DNA of 64,000 bases, from assembly GCA_976551045.1 (NCBI GenBank), contig CDPCPM010000026.1:9796001-9860000 (forward strand), in the 5' to 3' direction. This document shows positions 62,831 through 64,000 of the stretch, piece by piece (positions within the stretch are counted from its first letter, which is position 1; each line of letters starts with the position of its first letter). Under the pieces are notes generated by a model, which saw only the letters and a program-made list of their open reading frames with translations, was not told the origin of the DNA and made no database searches. The stretch is from Glaucostegus cemiculus (lineage: Eukaryota). The position numbers and the translations under genes are program-made.

Positions 62831-64000
62831 CAAGAGGTTAGATGAGCAGAGGTTAGATAATTCTTCAGCTTCTAATACAGACTCCGCATTGTTATTGTTA
62901 TCTCCACCCTCTGCTCTTGCTTACCTGGGCGACCAGGTGAAAAACCCACCATATCATTTAGCAGTCACACCAACTGATGAGTATCTGAGCTGGCTCCTGG
63001 TCAACACAGCTCTGAGCTGTGGACTGTCCTCTTGCCTACCTCCCAGAGATGGCGAAGGTCCTGTGAGAGATTGAAAACCTGAATTGGTTCCGTAAATATA
63101 AGAATATTTTGAATCATTTGTACATGATCATATTTCACGTGCTACTGACATCAAGCCCACATCAGTGAGTGTTGCTGTCAACAGGTGACGATGGGACTCC
63201 TTTATCCACCCCTGTGTTGACCAAACATTCTGTTTTCTCCAGCACTTCCTCCTCTTCACATATGAGAGGCAAGGTGACCAGAAGGCTACCTCTGGTTCTC
63301 TGCCTCTCTCTGCACCCTTCTCCTGCAAGGAATTAGAGGCCTGTGAATGAAGGAAATGCCCTGTAGTGAATGGCTGGAGAGAAAGCACTTGCCGGCTGTC
63401 TGAGGGACAAACATGGCATTGTATGACGACCAGGCTGAGTATCAGTGGTGGCACTGTCAAGCCGAGTTTATAGACCCTTATGCTCTGAAAAGCATAATTC
63501 CCCATAAATCTTTCTTAAATTTAATTTTCACTCATTTCCAATTCCTTGACTGACTTTGAAGTAGTACTCTGGATTTGCCTTATCAATGAATTATGTTTTA
63601 TGTATTTCAATGAACGTGTCTAAACGCAACATGTTGATGACCTACACTTCATACAGTCCTTTAAGTTCACTCTGCCTGATTTAATTTTGAACATTTTGGA
63701 ATGGACTCTGTGGGCTTGCATTCCATTTCTTGCCATATTGCAGTCTGGGGCGCACTATTTTTTAGTCTTATTTAATCTCTGGCCCTGTGATCTTTTTGTT
63801 TGAAGTATTTCTAAGACATTCCTCTTTGTTTGTGTTACTAATGGCCTCTCTGTGAAGGAAAACACATGTTTCAGCATATTTTTAACATGTGGAAATTAAC
63901 TTTTATTACTCTCGGACCACAGTAAAAATCCACTGTTATCGTTGCACAGGTGAAATCAGTTTCATAATGTTTTCTGGCCATTTGGCTGAAGTTTGAGTTC

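Noticed and set aside
1-64000. CRISPR arrays, operons, prophage or endogenous viral ORFs, rRNA, or a neighbouring gene such as brd7
   Set aside because: No regularly spaced repeats, long ORFs, rRNA motifs or recognisable additional exons were seen; the sequence is vertebrate intronic/intergenic DNA.

Overview
Eukaryotic genomic DNA, AT-rich and rich in decayed repeats. The repeat families (V-SINE/HE1-like, DeuSINE-like, LF-SINE-like, CR1, Tx1-like, Penelope, Harbinger) point to a cartilaginous fish, possibly a batoid; this is inferred from recalled consensus sequences, not a database search. The only host protein-coding gene I can support is naked cuticle homolog 1 (nkd1, a Wnt feedback inhibitor) on the minus strand. 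Its coding exons 1-3 (21358-21334, 21231-21199, 21066-20942) lie in a CpG island and splice to MGKLHSKHAAVCKPRESPEGDSFVVNACLSRKGLEEWIVKQK.... Positions 1-20941 appear to be a long intron 3, with exon 4 not found, and about 21.7-64 kb is upstream intergenic sequence. Apart from transposon relics, the listed ORFs look spurious. The main observations are: (1) a near-intact minimal hammerhead ribozyme (50355-50392) plus degenerate copies, one attached to a Penelope GIY-YIG relic; (2) nkd1 introns 1 and 2 are both multiples of 3 and stop-free, and there are uORFs just upstream of the start codon; (3) twin-priming-like 5' inversions in a Tx1-like LINE (capped by a 50-bp palindrome) and in a CR1; (4) TCF/LEF motifs around the gene start; (5) relics of both Harbinger genes and LF-SINE-like copies. 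I found no convincing wholly new biological system. Repeat boundaries are approximate (by eye).
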